From contig JBMNHC010000001.1 in NCBI GenBank assembly GCA_050950165.1, forward strand, positions 593,073-657,072: a DNA stretch of 64,000 nt, in the 5' to 3' direction. Made by a program: the position numbers and the translations under genes. The stretch is from Candidatus Dojkabacteria bacterium. Lineage in GTDB: Bacteria > Patescibacteriota > Dojkabacteria > SC72. Positions 47,160 to 57,591 of this stretch are shown here, one piece after another (the stretch's first letter is position 1; the number at the start of each line of letters is the position of its first letter). The notes under the pieces were generated by a model. The model saw only the letters and a list, made by a program, of their open reading frames with translations. It had not been told where the DNA came from and did not search any database.

Positions 47160-48782
47160 ATGGAAAATGAGTTGAACTATTTTAAAAATGGCAAAGAACA
47201 TCTTCTCTCTAGAAGAGAGTTTTTAAGATGTAGCACAGTAGCAATGGGCGTTCTTTTTCTCTCCCCTGATATAGAGAAATCAGGTGTTGAAGATAATACT
47301 TTTGCAGAAGTTGCTCAATCATATATTGCAGATACACATAAGGATGCTACCCTCATATCTGAATACATTAGAATGGAGAAAGGATCCTCTCCTTCAAATA
47401 TATGTGGTCCTCTTGCTACCTCTATACTTCTTGGTTGGAAATTGAAAGGAGATGGTACAATTAGTAGTGCTTTGGGAGAGGAAAGCAGTAAAAGTAGAAT
47501 GGAAGGAGTAGTACCAAGAGAGATGTGGTTAGGTTCTCCTTCTAATGATTTAAATAGATTTAAACTAGCGTTTCCAGAGAGCGCATACGAAAGCTATCGT
47601 ATTAAAGAGAATATATATTTTGCTGATTTTAACAATATTCCTGGTGCTAATACACTTAAACCGGGAGATTTTCTTTACTTAGACGGAGGTTCTTTTACTC
47701 ACTACATTGCTATATCCAGACGAGATAGCAGTGGAAGGTTGTACTCTGTATCAAATGTACATGGAGAGAAGATTGATGAATTTAAAATTCAAGAGTTAAT
47801 GGTTTGGGATCCTAATATTAAAGATGGATTCTTGAGGGAATGGGCAAAAGGTGTAGGCCCACAGAGAGCAAGAACGGGACTGAAAGGTTTCTACCTATGG
47901 AGAAGAAAAGAAGATGCAGAACCTCTCGTTGAAGATAAAGCAGCAAAGGAGTTGCGAGATACTCTCATTAACAAAATGCGCAACCAGAAACAAGGAGATT
48001 GGAACATATATATCAATGAGATAGGAAAGGGAGAGATTTTTGAGTGGAGAGATGGAATACCTTATCATAGTGCTTCAACAATTAAGGTTCCACTAGCAGT
48101 GTTAGCTCTTAGGATAATAAATGTTGGGTATAAAGATGAGATTGCTAAAGATGGGTTAGAGGCTACACTTAAAAAGAGAGGTTTTGAAGGTAGAACTTTT
48201 AATCAACTCCTTTCTGCGATGTTAGTTAATTCAGAGGAGGTTGCTACTGATAATATTGTAAAATTCATAAGAAGATTTGTAGCCCTAGAAGATGGTATTA
48301 AAGGTTTAGGAATGGATAATACTTCATACAAGCCTAGAAGAACTACACAGAGAGATCTTTTTAGATGTTGGAAATCTCTCTTTACTGGTAAGTATTTGGA
48401 TAAAGAAAATACGTCTTACCTTCTTAAGAAGATGGCAGAGTATACAGAAAATGATGACATGATGATTGGTGAGCTTAAAAAGCAGTTTCCTAATGCTAAG
48501 CAGTGGAATAAGAGAGGAATAATTGCAGATGATATTCTCACAGTGCAGGATAGCGGTATTACTTTAATCCCTACAGCAGATGGTAATAGATATCTGTACA
48601 TAGGTATTGCAGGCTCAGGGAATAATAACAGACCTATTAAATATGAAGAGGTAAGAGAGTTTATCTCTTCAATAATGGATGATATATCTAAATATATTAA
48701 GGATAGTAAACAAAACAGGAGTAATCTAAAATGTATTAACTCATTCTCCCCATCTCCCTCCTGTTCCTTCTATATAAAGTAA
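47160..48782 (+). CDS. Exported fusion of a papain/NlpC-like domain and a class A beta-lactamase-fold serine hydrolase
   Basis: SRREFL plus hydrophobic signal; ICGPL...LKPGDFLY....FTHY; HSASTIK (SxxK), MLVNSEE, NKRG. Confidence 0.65.
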   Translation: MENELNYFKNGKEHLLSRREFLRCSTVAMGVLFLSPDIEKSGVEDNTFAEVAQSYIADTHKDATLISEYIRMEKGSSPSNICGPLATSILLGWKLKGDGTISSALGEESSKSRMEGVVPREMWLGSPSNDLNRFKLAFPESAYESYRIKENIYFADFNNIPGANTLKPGDFLYLDGGSFTHYIAISRRDSSGRLYSVSNVHGEKIDEFKIQELMVWDPNIKDGFLREWAKGVGPQRARTGLKGFYLWRRKEDAEPLVEDKAAKELRDTLINKMRNQKQGDWNIYINEIGKGEIFEWRDGIPYHSASTIKVPLAVLALRIINVGYKDEIAKDGLEATLKKRGFEGRTFNQLLSAMLVNSEEVATDNIVKFIRRFVALEDGIKGLGMDNTSYKPRRTTQRDLFRCWKSLFTGKYLDKENTSYLLKKMAEYTENDDMMIGELKKQFPNAKQWNKRGIIADDILTVQDSGITLIPTADGNRYLYIGIAGSGNNNRPIKYEEVREFISSIMDDISKYIKDSKQNRSNLKCINSFSPSPSCSFYIK

Positions 48783-48907
48783 GAAAGTTGTCTAGTAGAA
48801 CAAACGGCTGGTATCCCTACTCAATCTTTTATATAAATACATAATAGACAGAAAGGAGTATGGTTATAGCTTTTATTTAGTTATCCGTATGTGATTTGTA
48901 CAGAGTA

Positions 48908-48936
48908 TTGAAATGTTATGGGATTAGTTGTATAAT
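48908..48936 (+). promoter_or_regulatory. Sigma70 promoter of the adhesin-sortase operon
   Basis: TTGAAA (48908-48913), 17-nt spacer, TATAAT (48931-48936). Confidence 0.7.
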
Positions 48937-49020
48937 CCGACAGTTGTAGATAGAGTGCTATCAGAGTCTCTCTACATGTTTTGTAATTTATATTTTTATT
49001 AAAATTATTATTTACAAATA

Positions 49021-52000
49021 ATGAAGCTAAACAAAAAGCTCCTAAAGAAGTCTTTGTATAAGATTTCTACAGTCCTATTTTTAATAGGATATACTTTTAC
49101 CCCACCATTTTTGGCATTTGATCAATTAAGAGATATAGGAGGAGAGATTACTCCTGTAGCTGCTGCTGATGGGCCGTATACTATTTCTTCTACTAGTGGT
49201 ATTTGGACTAAGGTTGAAGGAACAACTAACTATTCTGGTGTGAATACCAGTGAGATAAGATGGGGAACTGGAAATCCAAGAAGTGGACTAAAATTCACTT
49301 CTGCTGGTGCTCAAACTTTTGATGCAAATCAGAAATTTCTCATAGGAGATTTAACACATATGAACTGGCCAGTTTCTGGTGGTACTGCAGATTCTGCAAC
49401 TCTAAAAGTTACTTTGAATTTTTCTCAACCTCCTCTTTCTCCAAATCCAACATTTTCATACAAGTTTAATATAAATGAAACGAGTAATGGATATTCTTGG
49501 TATAAAAATTGTCCAGGATATCCTGATGAACAGTTAAGCACAACCCCATGTGATGATGTGATTACGTTCCCAAGTGCATATGGACAGGAAGTTTTTACAA
49601 TTGGGGATATGAAATATACATTAAAGATTGATGGATTCCAAAGTCAATATCCAACAGGAGATCCTGTATCTAAATTCATAACAGAAGAAAAGAAAGATAA
49701 TGTAGCATATTTGGTTGGTCATCTAAGTTCTATTTTAGTTGAAAAACCAGCTATCTCCATTGTTAAGAAAGTAAATGGACAGGATGCTAATACTCCTGCA
49801 GAAGCAGTAGAGGTAACAGCAGGAGAAACTGTAAATTTTGAATATATTGTACAGAATACAGGTAATGTAAAGTTAACAAACATTGCAGTAACAGATGACA
49901 AAGGAGTACAAGTAACATGTCCAGGAACAGAATTAGAACCAGGTACAAATATGACTTGTACAGGAAGTGCTACAGCTATTGCAGGTGACTATACTAATAT
50001 TGGTACAGTTACATCATCTCATGATTTATCAGCAAGTGATCCTGCAAACTATAAAGGTATTATTCCTACAATTAGAATTTGTCATGCATCTGGTTCACAT
50101 ACAAACCCATATATTGTAAATAATCCAAGTGCATCTGGAGATTTGAATGGGCATGCAGGACATACTGGTCCTATTTGGTTCCCAGGTATAACAGTAGATT
50201 GGGGAGATATCATTCCTTCATTTACATCATATGATGGAGTTTACTTCCCTGGTCTTAACTGGAGTGAGTATGGACAAGCAGTGTATAACAATAACTGTGT
50301 AATTCCACAAGGTAAAATAATTGTAAAGAAAGTTTTAAGTCCAGCTTCTACTAGTAATCAAGCATTTGAAATAGTTGGTAGTGGTACTCCTGCAATAGAG
50401 GGTTCCCCTACTTTCTTGTATTACAGTAATAGCAATATTGGAAGTATTAGTAGGAATCAGTCTCATACATACAATGTAATGCCTGGTACATATAATATTG
50501 CAGAAACAGTACCAGCAGGTTGGAGTTTAGTAAGTAATACATGTTCAAATATTGAAATTACAAATAATGAGACTAAGGAGTGTACTATTACTAATACACA
50601 ACATGGTTCATTAACTATTGTTAAAAGAGCTCTACCATATGGTAATACTTCATTTGGATTTAAACTTTCAGGTAATGGAGTTAGTGAACAGTTTAATTTA
50701 GTAGATAACTCTGAAACAGAAGATGCAAGTAAAACATTTAGTTTAACAACAGGTACATATGCAGTTGCAGAAGATGACTATAGTGCAGATTGGAAAACAA
50801 CACACTCTTGTACAAAAGGTAGTATAGATAATATTGCATTGGGTGCAGGTGAATCAGTAACTTGTACATTTACAAATACAAAATATGGATCTATCTCAGG
50901 ATACAAATTACAAGATGCTGACAACGATGATTCTACTACTACAGATAGAACTCCAGTTTCTGGATGGACAATAATTCTAAAAGATAAGAATGGGACTGAA
51001 ATAGCTAGAACAACAACTAATGTAAATGGATATTATGAATTTACAGGATTACTTCCTGCAGATTACATAGTAACAGAAGGTCTTGAAGTTGGTTGGATAG
51101 TTTTAGTTGGTGATAGCAAGAATGTAACATTAGATGCAGGTGAGAATGAAGAGAATGTGAATTTTGTAAATGTTAAGTTAGGTAGTATTAAAGTTCTAAA
51201 GAATGTTGATACAGATGGAGATGGAGATGTAGATCAGGAGGGTTCAACAGAGTGGTCTTGGACACTTAACGGAGCAAATGCGGGTGCAACAGGTACAACT
51301 AAATCTGATTTGGAACCAGGTTCATATACAATTAAAGAGACAGGTGGCTTAGATAACTTCCACTTTGTTTCATTAAGTTGTACAGGTGCAGCAGATGAAA
51401 GAATCACTATCACAGATGATACTGCTACAATAGATTTAAGATCTGGTGAAGATGTAGTCTGTACATATACAAATGCAAGAAACTTAGGAAAGTTAATAAT
51501 TGAGAAGGAAGTTATTAATGATAATGGTGGTAGTAAGAAGGCTACAGATTTCTCATTCCAGATAGATAGTGAAGATGCAATTCAATTCACTAAGAATGGA
51601 GAGAATGAATTACTAGGAAGAAATGAGTATGTAAGATATGCAGGTCTCTCCTACACTATTACAGAACCTGAAGCAAATCAGGATGGATATACAACTACAT
51701 ACAGAAATTGTGAAGATATTGTAGTTCCTCATGATGGTGAAGTTGTATGTAAGATTACGAATAATGATAGTAAGCCTTCACTAACTCTTGTTAAGGAAGT
51801 TAAGAATGATAACGGTGGTACAGCAGTTAAAACCGATTGGAACTTGAAAGCAGATGGACCTACTCCAATCAGTGGAGATGGTGGTGCAACAAGTGGTGAT
51901 GATTTCCAAGCAGGTACATATATATTAAGTGAGAGTGGAGATGTAGCTGGGTATAATGCAAGTGATTGGAGTTGTACAAATGGTGTTGTAGTTGATGATA

Positions 52001-55000
52001 ACAATGGAATAACCATTGGAATAGGTCAATCTACTGTATGTACAATAGTAAATGATGATATTGCACCTTCATTACAATTAGTTAAAGTTGTTAATAATAA
52101 CTTTGGTGGTAATGCAAAAATTACTGATTGGGCACTAACAGCAACTGGTCCTACAACAATCACAGGAAATGGTGGTGTTACAAGTGGAGATACCTTTAAG
52201 GCAGGTACATATACATTAAGTGAGAGTGGAGATGTAACAGGATATGATGCAAGTAGTTGGAGTTGTACCAATGGTATTACAGTTGATGCAAACAATGGAA
52301 TTACTTTAGGAGTTGGTGAGTCTACAGTATGTACCATTACTAATAGTGATATTCAGCCAACATTGACTTTAGTTAAGACTGTTGTAAATAAGTATGGTGG
52401 TAATAAAGAAGTATCAGACTTTAATCTCTACATAGGAGATACCAAAGTAACAAGTGGTGTTGCTACAGGTGTAAATGCAAATACACAATATACAGTAAGA
52501 GAAGATCAATTAGATGGATATACAGCATCTGATTGGAGTGGAGATTGTAGTGCAGATGGAAAGATTACATTACTTCCAGGTGAGAACAAGACCTGTACTA
52601 TTACAAATAGTGATTCTCAGTCTAAGATTACCGTTATTAAGAAAGTAGTTAATGATAATGGTGGTACAGCAACAGCTAATGATTTTAATATTACCTTAAC
52701 AGACTCCACATTAACGTTTGATGCAGGTGTAAAAGATGGTGATACAACAACTTACACAGCTTCAGTATTTGGAGATGTAAATAAGGAATACACACTATCT
52801 GAAACAGTTGCAAATACAGGATATACAATGGATAGTTTAGAATGTTCTCTCGGTTCTGATGGAGTCTTTACTCTTCCAGAAGGACAAGATGTAACTTGTA
52901 CAATTGTTAACAATGATATCCAACCAAAGCTTACTGTAGTTAAAGTTGTTGATAATGAAACATATGGTAACAAGGAGGTTTCTGATTTCACACTCTATGT
53001 ATCAGGAAATAAGGTAACCAGTGGAGATGTTAATAACTTAGATGCAGGAGAGTATACAGTAAGTGAAGATAACATTGATGGATATGAGGCTACAATAACT
53101 GGTGATTGTGATGTTCAAGGTAAAGTTACATTAAATCCTGGTGATGATAAGACCTGTACTATTACAAATAGAAGTACACACGGTAAGATAGTTATTAAGA
53201 AACTAGTTGAACCTGATACAGATTCTACAGAATTTACATTTACAGGTGATGTAGCTGGAACAATTGGTCATAATGGAACTATTGAAAAGATAGTAGTTCC
53301 AGGAGAGTACTCTGTAGCAGAAACATCTTTAACAGGATGGAATCTGAAATCTCTAGTATGTGATGATACAGATAGTAGTGCAAGTGGATATACAGCAAGA
53401 ATTAAGGTTGGAGATAATGAAACAGTAACATGTACATTTACTAATGAGAAATTAGGAAAGATCTCAGGTTACAAGTACGAGGATAAGAATGGAAATGGTA
53501 TATGGGATGCAGAAGAGCCTGCATTAGATGGTTGGACTATCAACAATGGACTTGGTGATAGTACAACAACAAATGCTAGTGGATACTACGAGTTTACTAG
53601 CTTACCAGTAGGTAATACATATACAATTACTGAAACTCAAAAAGATGGTTGGACTCAAACATCCACTAACCCATCAGCAATTACAATTGTTGCAGGAGAT
53701 GATGTTAAGGATATAAACTTTGGTAACTTCAAACATGTAACAATCAATGTAACTAAAGATGTTGTTGGTATAGATGGAGTAACTGATGTTGAAGACGACA
53801 GAACATTTACTGCACAACTTAATGGTGGAAATGAAAAATTAATATCTGAGACAACAACAGCTACATATACAATTGAACAGCCTGGTACATATACAGTATC
53901 AGAGTTTGATGTGGTGGACTACACATATCTAGGATGCTTCTTAGGAGATGTTGCATTTACTGACTATGCAGTAGAGAGTGGTAAAATATACAATGTAGTA
54001 TGTAAGAATGCACAACTACCAGCAACAGTAATAGTTACAAAGAATGTAGTAAATAGTGATGGGGTTGATGAGGATGTATTCTCAGATGATCAGTTTGATG
54101 TTGTACTTGGTGAAGAAACTAAACAGATTGCAGACACAGCAAATGGTAAGGTACTTGCTACATTTGAAGGATTACAACCAGGAGAGTACACATTAACAGA
54201 AACTGAAAAGGATGGATATATCTTTGAAGGATGTACAAACTCTGAGGGTACTCTTGGAAGTAATGAGACTGTAGAAGTTGTATGTACAAACAGAGTAATT
54301 GATCCTCTTCTTGAGATTGAAAAGAGTAATGATAAAGAAGGTATAGATCAATATGCAGGAGATGAAGTTACATACACAATTAAAGTAACAGCACCTAGCG
54401 ATGAACTAGATGGAACATATGTTCTAAATAATGTAGTTATTTCTGACATTGCTCCAGCAGGATTTGAATATATCTCTGATACATGGACAGCACAGAAGAA
54501 TGGTGTTGATATCATAGTTCCTGAACCTACATATGATGGAGAAAATGCAGCACAGTGGATAATTGGAGATATGAAAGAAGGAGATGAAGTAGTATTAACA
54601 TACAAAACTAAGATCTCTCTTCTTACAGATCCAGGAGTATATCCAGATATCGCATGGGTAAAAGGTGCCTCTATAAGTAATCTTCCTGTTTTGGGTAATG
54701 TATCTACAGATGCTTCTACTCCATTTGTAGGAACAGAAGTTAAAGTAATAGAGCCAATTGAAACAGAAGATGGAGAGGTATTAGGAGCTATATCATATCT
54801 ACCAAAAACAGGTGCAGATACATATCTAACATTAGGAGCATTAGCTATGGTGTTACTAGGCTTGTTTGCCCTACTCTCTAGACCATTTAAGAAATTAAAG
54901 TATGCTTTACTTACAACAGTAATGGCTTTTTCAATACTCTCAGTTGCTTTAGCAACAGAGGTGTTAGCTGAGCCTTACTTAGATGTTAAAATCGAAAAAC

Positions 55001-55812
55001 CAGTAACTCCTACTGCTAAAAAGTCATTTAATATTGATTTCACAGCACAGAGTACATCTGGAGAGACACCAGAAGTGGATTGTTACAAAGATGCAGTTAA
55101 ATTTGCATCCTTTACTGCTAACTCTGGAGCATGTCCAGTAACAGTAACAGAGTCAGGTACATACTCATTCTATGTAGTTGCAACTGCAGGAGGTCAAACA
55201 GAACAATCTGAAACAGTAACAGTCGTAGTAGATTTAACTTCACCATCTCCTGTTACGGGATACAGCAAGAGTGGTAATGTATTAACATTTACAACTGCAA
55301 ATGATGGTAGAACATCTAAGGTTGAGATATTTAGATCAGACAAGTCATCATTTACAGCAAATGCATCAACCCGTCTTGATACAATGAATGTATCACCTAA
55401 TACAACATATACATATACAGATGGAACAGCAGTAGCAGGAAACACATATTACTATGCATTAAGAGCTGTAGATGCATATGGTAATGTCTCAACACTTGTT
55501 TCAGACAATGTAGTGATTGTTGTAAAAGAACCAGCTACTACTACAACTACTAATGTAGCTAAAACAGAAACAAGTGAAGTAGAAGGAGCAACAGATGAAG
55601 ATAAAGATAGTGCATCTAAGGAAGTAAAGGGAGAAACAGATGATAGTACAACTCAAAAAGCAGACGAGGGTAAAGAGAGTAATGAAACTAATGATTCTGA
55701 TTCAGATGAAAAGAAATCATTCCTTAGTTATTGGTATATCTGGGTTCCAGTATTAATTGTATCTGTAGGATTAGTCTATCTTTATGTCAGAAGAGAGAAA
55801 AAGAGTTACTAA
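49021..55812 (+). CDS. Giant multidomain surface adhesin (SdrD-B/SpaA prealbumin-like and DUF11-like repeats) with internal LPKTG and a C-terminal TM
   Basis: Signal peptide; many L.LVK.V.N..GG...W.C....CTITN repeats; GSISGYK..D..NG.Y.F..L..G.Y repeats; LPKTG at aa 1927-1931; directly upstream of a sortase. Confidence 0.85.
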   Translation: MKLNKKLLKKSLYKISTVLFLIGYTFTPPFLAFDQLRDIGGEITPVAAADGPYTISSTSGIWTKVEGTTNYSGVNTSEIRWGTGNPRSGLKFTSAGAQTFDANQKFLIGDLTHMNWPVSGGTADSATLKVTLNFSQPPLSPNPTFSYKFNINETSNGYSWYKNCPGYPDEQLSTTPCDDVITFPSAYGQEVFTIGDMKYTLKIDGFQSQYPTGDPVSKFITEEKKDNVAYLVGHLSSILVEKPAISIVKKVNGQDANTPAEAVEVTAGETVNFEYIVQNTGNVKLTNIAVTDDKGVQVTCPGTELEPGTNMTCTGSATAIAGDYTNIGTVTSSHDLSASDPANYKGIIPTIRICHASGSHTNPYIVNNPSASGDLNGHAGHTGPIWFPGITVDWGDIIPSFTSYDGVYFPGLNWSEYGQAVYNNNCVIPQGKIIVKKVLSPASTSNQAFEIVGSGTPAIEGSPTFLYYSNSNIGSISRNQSHTYNVMPGTYNIAETVPAGWSLVSNTCSNIEITNNETKECTITNTQHGSLTIVKRALPYGNTSFGFKLSGNGVSEQFNLVDNSETEDASKTFSLTTGTYAVAEDDYSADWKTTHSCTKGSIDNIALGAGESVTCTFTNTKYGSISGYKLQDADNDDSTTTDRTPVSGWTIILKDKNGTEIARTTTNVNGYYEFTGLLPADYIVTEGLEVGWIVLVGDSKNVTLDAGENEENVNFVNVKLGSIKVLKNVDTDGDGDVDQEGSTEWSWTLNGANAGATGTTKSDLEPGSYTIKETGGLDNFHFVSLSCTGAADERITITDDTATIDLRSGEDVVCTYTNARNLGKLIIEKEVINDNGGSKKATDFSFQIDSEDAIQFTKNGENELLGRNEYVRYAGLSYTITEPEANQDGYTTTYRNCEDIVVPHDGEVVCKITNNDSKPSLTLVKEVKNDNGGTAVKTDWNLKADGPTPISGDGGATSGDDFQAGTYILSESGDVAGYNASDWSCTNGVVVDDNNGITIGIGQSTVCTIVNDDIAPSLQLVKVVNNNFGGNAKITDWALTATGPTTITGNGGVTSGDTFKAGTYTLSESGDVTGYDASSWSCTNGITVDANNGITLGVGESTVCTITNSDIQPTLTLVKTVVNKYGGNKEVSDFNLYIGDTKVTSGVATGVNANTQYTVREDQLDGYTASDWSGDCSADGKITLLPGENKTCTITNSDSQSKITVIKKVVNDNGGTATANDFNITLTDSTLTFDAGVKDGDTTTYTASVFGDVNKEYTLSETVANTGYTMDSLECSLGSDGVFTLPEGQDVTCTIVNNDIQPKLTVVKVVDNETYGNKEVSDFTLYVSGNKVTSGDVNNLDAGEYTVSEDNIDGYEATITGDCDVQGKVTLNPGDDKTCTITNRSTHGKIVIKKLVEPDTDSTEFTFTGDVAGTIGHNGTIEKIVVPGEYSVAETSLTGWNLKSLVCDDTDSSASGYTARIKVGDNETVTCTFTNEKLGKISGYKYEDKNGNGIWDAEEPALDGWTINNGLGDSTTTNASGYYEFTSLPVGNTYTITETQKDGWTQTSTNPSAITIVAGDDVKDINFGNFKHVTINVTKDVVGIDGVTDVEDDRTFTAQLNGGNEKLISETTTATYTIEQPGTYTVSEFDVVDYTYLGCFLGDVAFTDYAVESGKIYNVVCKNAQLPATVIVTKNVVNSDGVDEDVFSDDQFDVVLGEETKQIADTANGKVLATFEGLQPGEYTLTETEKDGYIFEGCTNSEGTLGSNETVEVVCTNRVIDPLLEIEKSNDKEGIDQYAGDEVTYTIKVTAPSDELDGTYVLNNVVISDIAPAGFEYISDTWTAQKNGVDIIVPEPTYDGENAAQWIIGDMKEGDEVVLTYKTKISLLTDPGVYPDIAWVKGASISNLPVLGNVSTDASTPFVGTEVKVIEPIETEDGEVLGAISYLPKTGADTYLTLGALAMVLLGLFALLSRPFKKLKYALLTTVMAFSILSVALATEVLAEPYLDVKIEKPVTPTAKKSFNIDFTAQSTSGETPEVDCYKDAVKFASFTANSGACPVTVTESGTYSFYVVATAGGQTEQSETVTVVVDLTSPSPVTGYSKSGNVLTFTTANDGRTSKVEIFRSDKSSFTANASTRLDTMNVSPNTTYTYTDGTAVAGNTYYYALRAVDAYGNVSTLVSDNVVIVVKEPATTTTTNVAKTETSEVEGATDEDKDSASKEVKGETDDSTTQKADEGKESNETNDSDSDEKKSFLSYWYIWVPVLIVSVGLVYLYVRREKKSY

Positions 55813-56461
55813 TTGGAAGATCATTGCAGGAGTAGTCTTACTCCTGCTAGGTCTAACTGCCCTCCTTTTGACCTTCTGGTCTGTAATCTCTGTATATATT
55901 TCTCACGTGCTCTCTCCTACTCCATCAACAAGTGTAGTTGAAATTGCAAAAAACAGTTCGGAGATTACTAAAGAGGTAGATAGTCAAACAGAGAAGGTAT
56001 TCGTAGATCCTGAATTTGGATTGTATATTCCTAAACTTAAAACAAATTGCTCCATTGCAGAAAATGTAGACCCCTTTGATAAAGATAGGTATACATCAGC
56101 ATTAAGAAGTAAGATAGCTCATGCTAAAGGAACATCTGTTCCTAACAAAAGTGGTAATGTATTTCTCTTTGGTCACTCTGCAGCAAATTTTTATGAAAGA
56201 CATGATCGTCTAGTCTATTTCTATCTTCTAAGAGAGCTATCTAAAGGTGATGAGATATTTCTAAGTTACAAAGGTGTAATCTACAAGTATGTTGTAGATG
56301 AACTTAAAACAGTATCTCCTGAAGATACAAAATATCTTAAAAATTACTCTGAGAAAGATACTCTTACACTTATGACATGTTATCCACCAGGTGCAGATTG
56401 GAAGAGAACAGTAGTTATCGCTTACAGAGATGAAGTAGAACCAATTGTAAAGGGTCTTTAA
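55784..56461 (+). CDS. Sortase
   Basis: N-terminal TM; L.IPKL, GNVFLFGHS (His), TLMTCYPPG (Cys) and downstream Arg. Confidence 0.93.
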   Translation: MSEERKRVTNWKIIAGVVLLLLGLTALLLTFWSVISVYISHVLSPTPSTSVVEIAKNSSEITKEVDSQTEKVFVDPEFGLYIPKLKTNCSIAENVDPFDKDRYTSALRSKIAHAKGTSVPNKSGNVFLFGHSAANFYERHDRLVYFYLLRELSKGDEIFLSYKGVIYKYVVDELKTVSPEDTKYLKNYSEKDTLTLMTCYPPGADWKRTVVIAYRDEVEPIVKGL

Positions 56462-57591
56462 CCTACCTCTTTATCTATCCACTTACTTACTGCTTTTCTT
56501 AAGTCTTCTTTACAGGTTTTTTGTATCTCATCAAATGTATGTGTAGGAGAAGCTATCTCATATATGCTCTCTATTAAATACTTCCTTTTTAGATTTACAT
56601 CATTGATTTCGTTTCTTCCTGTAAAGATAACGAGAGGGATTTCTCTTTTGGTAGTAAACTTAGCAATACCACTTATTGTTTTACCTTCTAAGGATTGACT
56701 ATCAAACTTTCCTTCTCCTGTGATAACGAGGTTTGTGTTATGTAAGATTTTATCAAAATTACACATCTCTAGTATTAAATCTATTCCATTAACAATATCT
56801 GCATTAAGAAAGAATGAGCATGATGCAGCTATTCCTCCAGCTGCACCACCCCCTACTATACTTGAGATATCTACCTTAAATTGTTTTTTAAGAATATTTG
56901 AGTAATGTCTTAAACCGTTGTCTAATAAAATGATTTCTTCTTTACTTGCTCCTTTCTGCTTAGCATATATATACGCTGCTCCATTTTTACCGTAGAGAGG
57001 ATTAGAAATATCTACCATGAGTGTAAATTTAAGATCTTTAATGTTATTTTTTAAACCTGAGTCATCGATACTAATGATTTTGTTTAGGGTAGAGCCTACT
57101 GGTACAAAAGAGTTTCCATCTTTATCTAAGAATTTAACTCCTAATGCAGAGAGTAGACCTGTACCTGCATCGTTTGTAGCACTACCACCTAGAGCAAGAA
57201 TAATGTTTTTTGTACCTTTAGATATGGCGTGCAGGATCTGTTCTCCCATTCCTAAACTAGTTGTAAACATGGGGTTTTTAGGGTTAGCAAATGTAAGTCC
57301 TGCACATTGTCCTGCCTCTATTACTACACTCTTGTCATATTTAACATACTTAAAATTTCTTTTAGTAAAGTTGGGGGAGGTAAAAAGATCTGTTACATAC
57401 TCACCTGAGAAATTTTCAAAGAAGACATCTATGGTATTCTCTCCTCCATCTGCTACTGAGAGTCTAATGACTTCTGCATTTGGTATTTTCCTTAAGATTT
57501 CTTCTTGGATAATGGTGCCTGCTGTAAGGGAGGACATTGTTCCTTTGAAGGAGTCTGGTGCTACCACTATTTTCGTTTTATCCTTCTGCAT
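56458..57591 (-). CDS. glxK: Glycerate kinase (GlxK/GarK family)
   Basis: APDSFKG, ADGGE, LGGSATND.G.G, QKGA, GAAGG, ITGEG.FD.QS..GK. Confidence 0.93.
   Translation of the reverse strand: MQKDKTKIVVAPDSFKGTMSSLTAGTIIQEEILRKIPNAEVIRLSVADGGENTIDVFFENFSGEYVTDLFTSPNFTKRNFKYVKYDKSVVIEAGQCAGLTFANPKNPMFTTSLGMGEQILHAISKGTKNIILALGGSATNDAGTGLLSALGVKFLDKDGNSFVPVGSTLNKIISIDDSGLKNNIKDLKFTLMVDISNPLYGKNGAAYIYAKQKGASKEEIILLDNGLRHYSNILKKQFKVDISSIVGGGAAGGIAASCSFFLNADIVNGIDLILEMCNFDKILHNTNLVITGEGKFDSQSLEGKTISGIAKFTTKREIPLVIFTGRNEINDVNLKRKYLIESIYEIASPTHTFDEIQKTCKEDLRKAVSKWIDKEVG

Noticed and set aside
51770-53170. Repeated DNA segments within the giant adhesin, and similar ones at 9.5-10.3 kb
   Set aside because: In-frame protein domain duplications; no CRISPR repeat-spacer pattern, and no reverse transcriptase or adenine-specific variation to suggest a DGR
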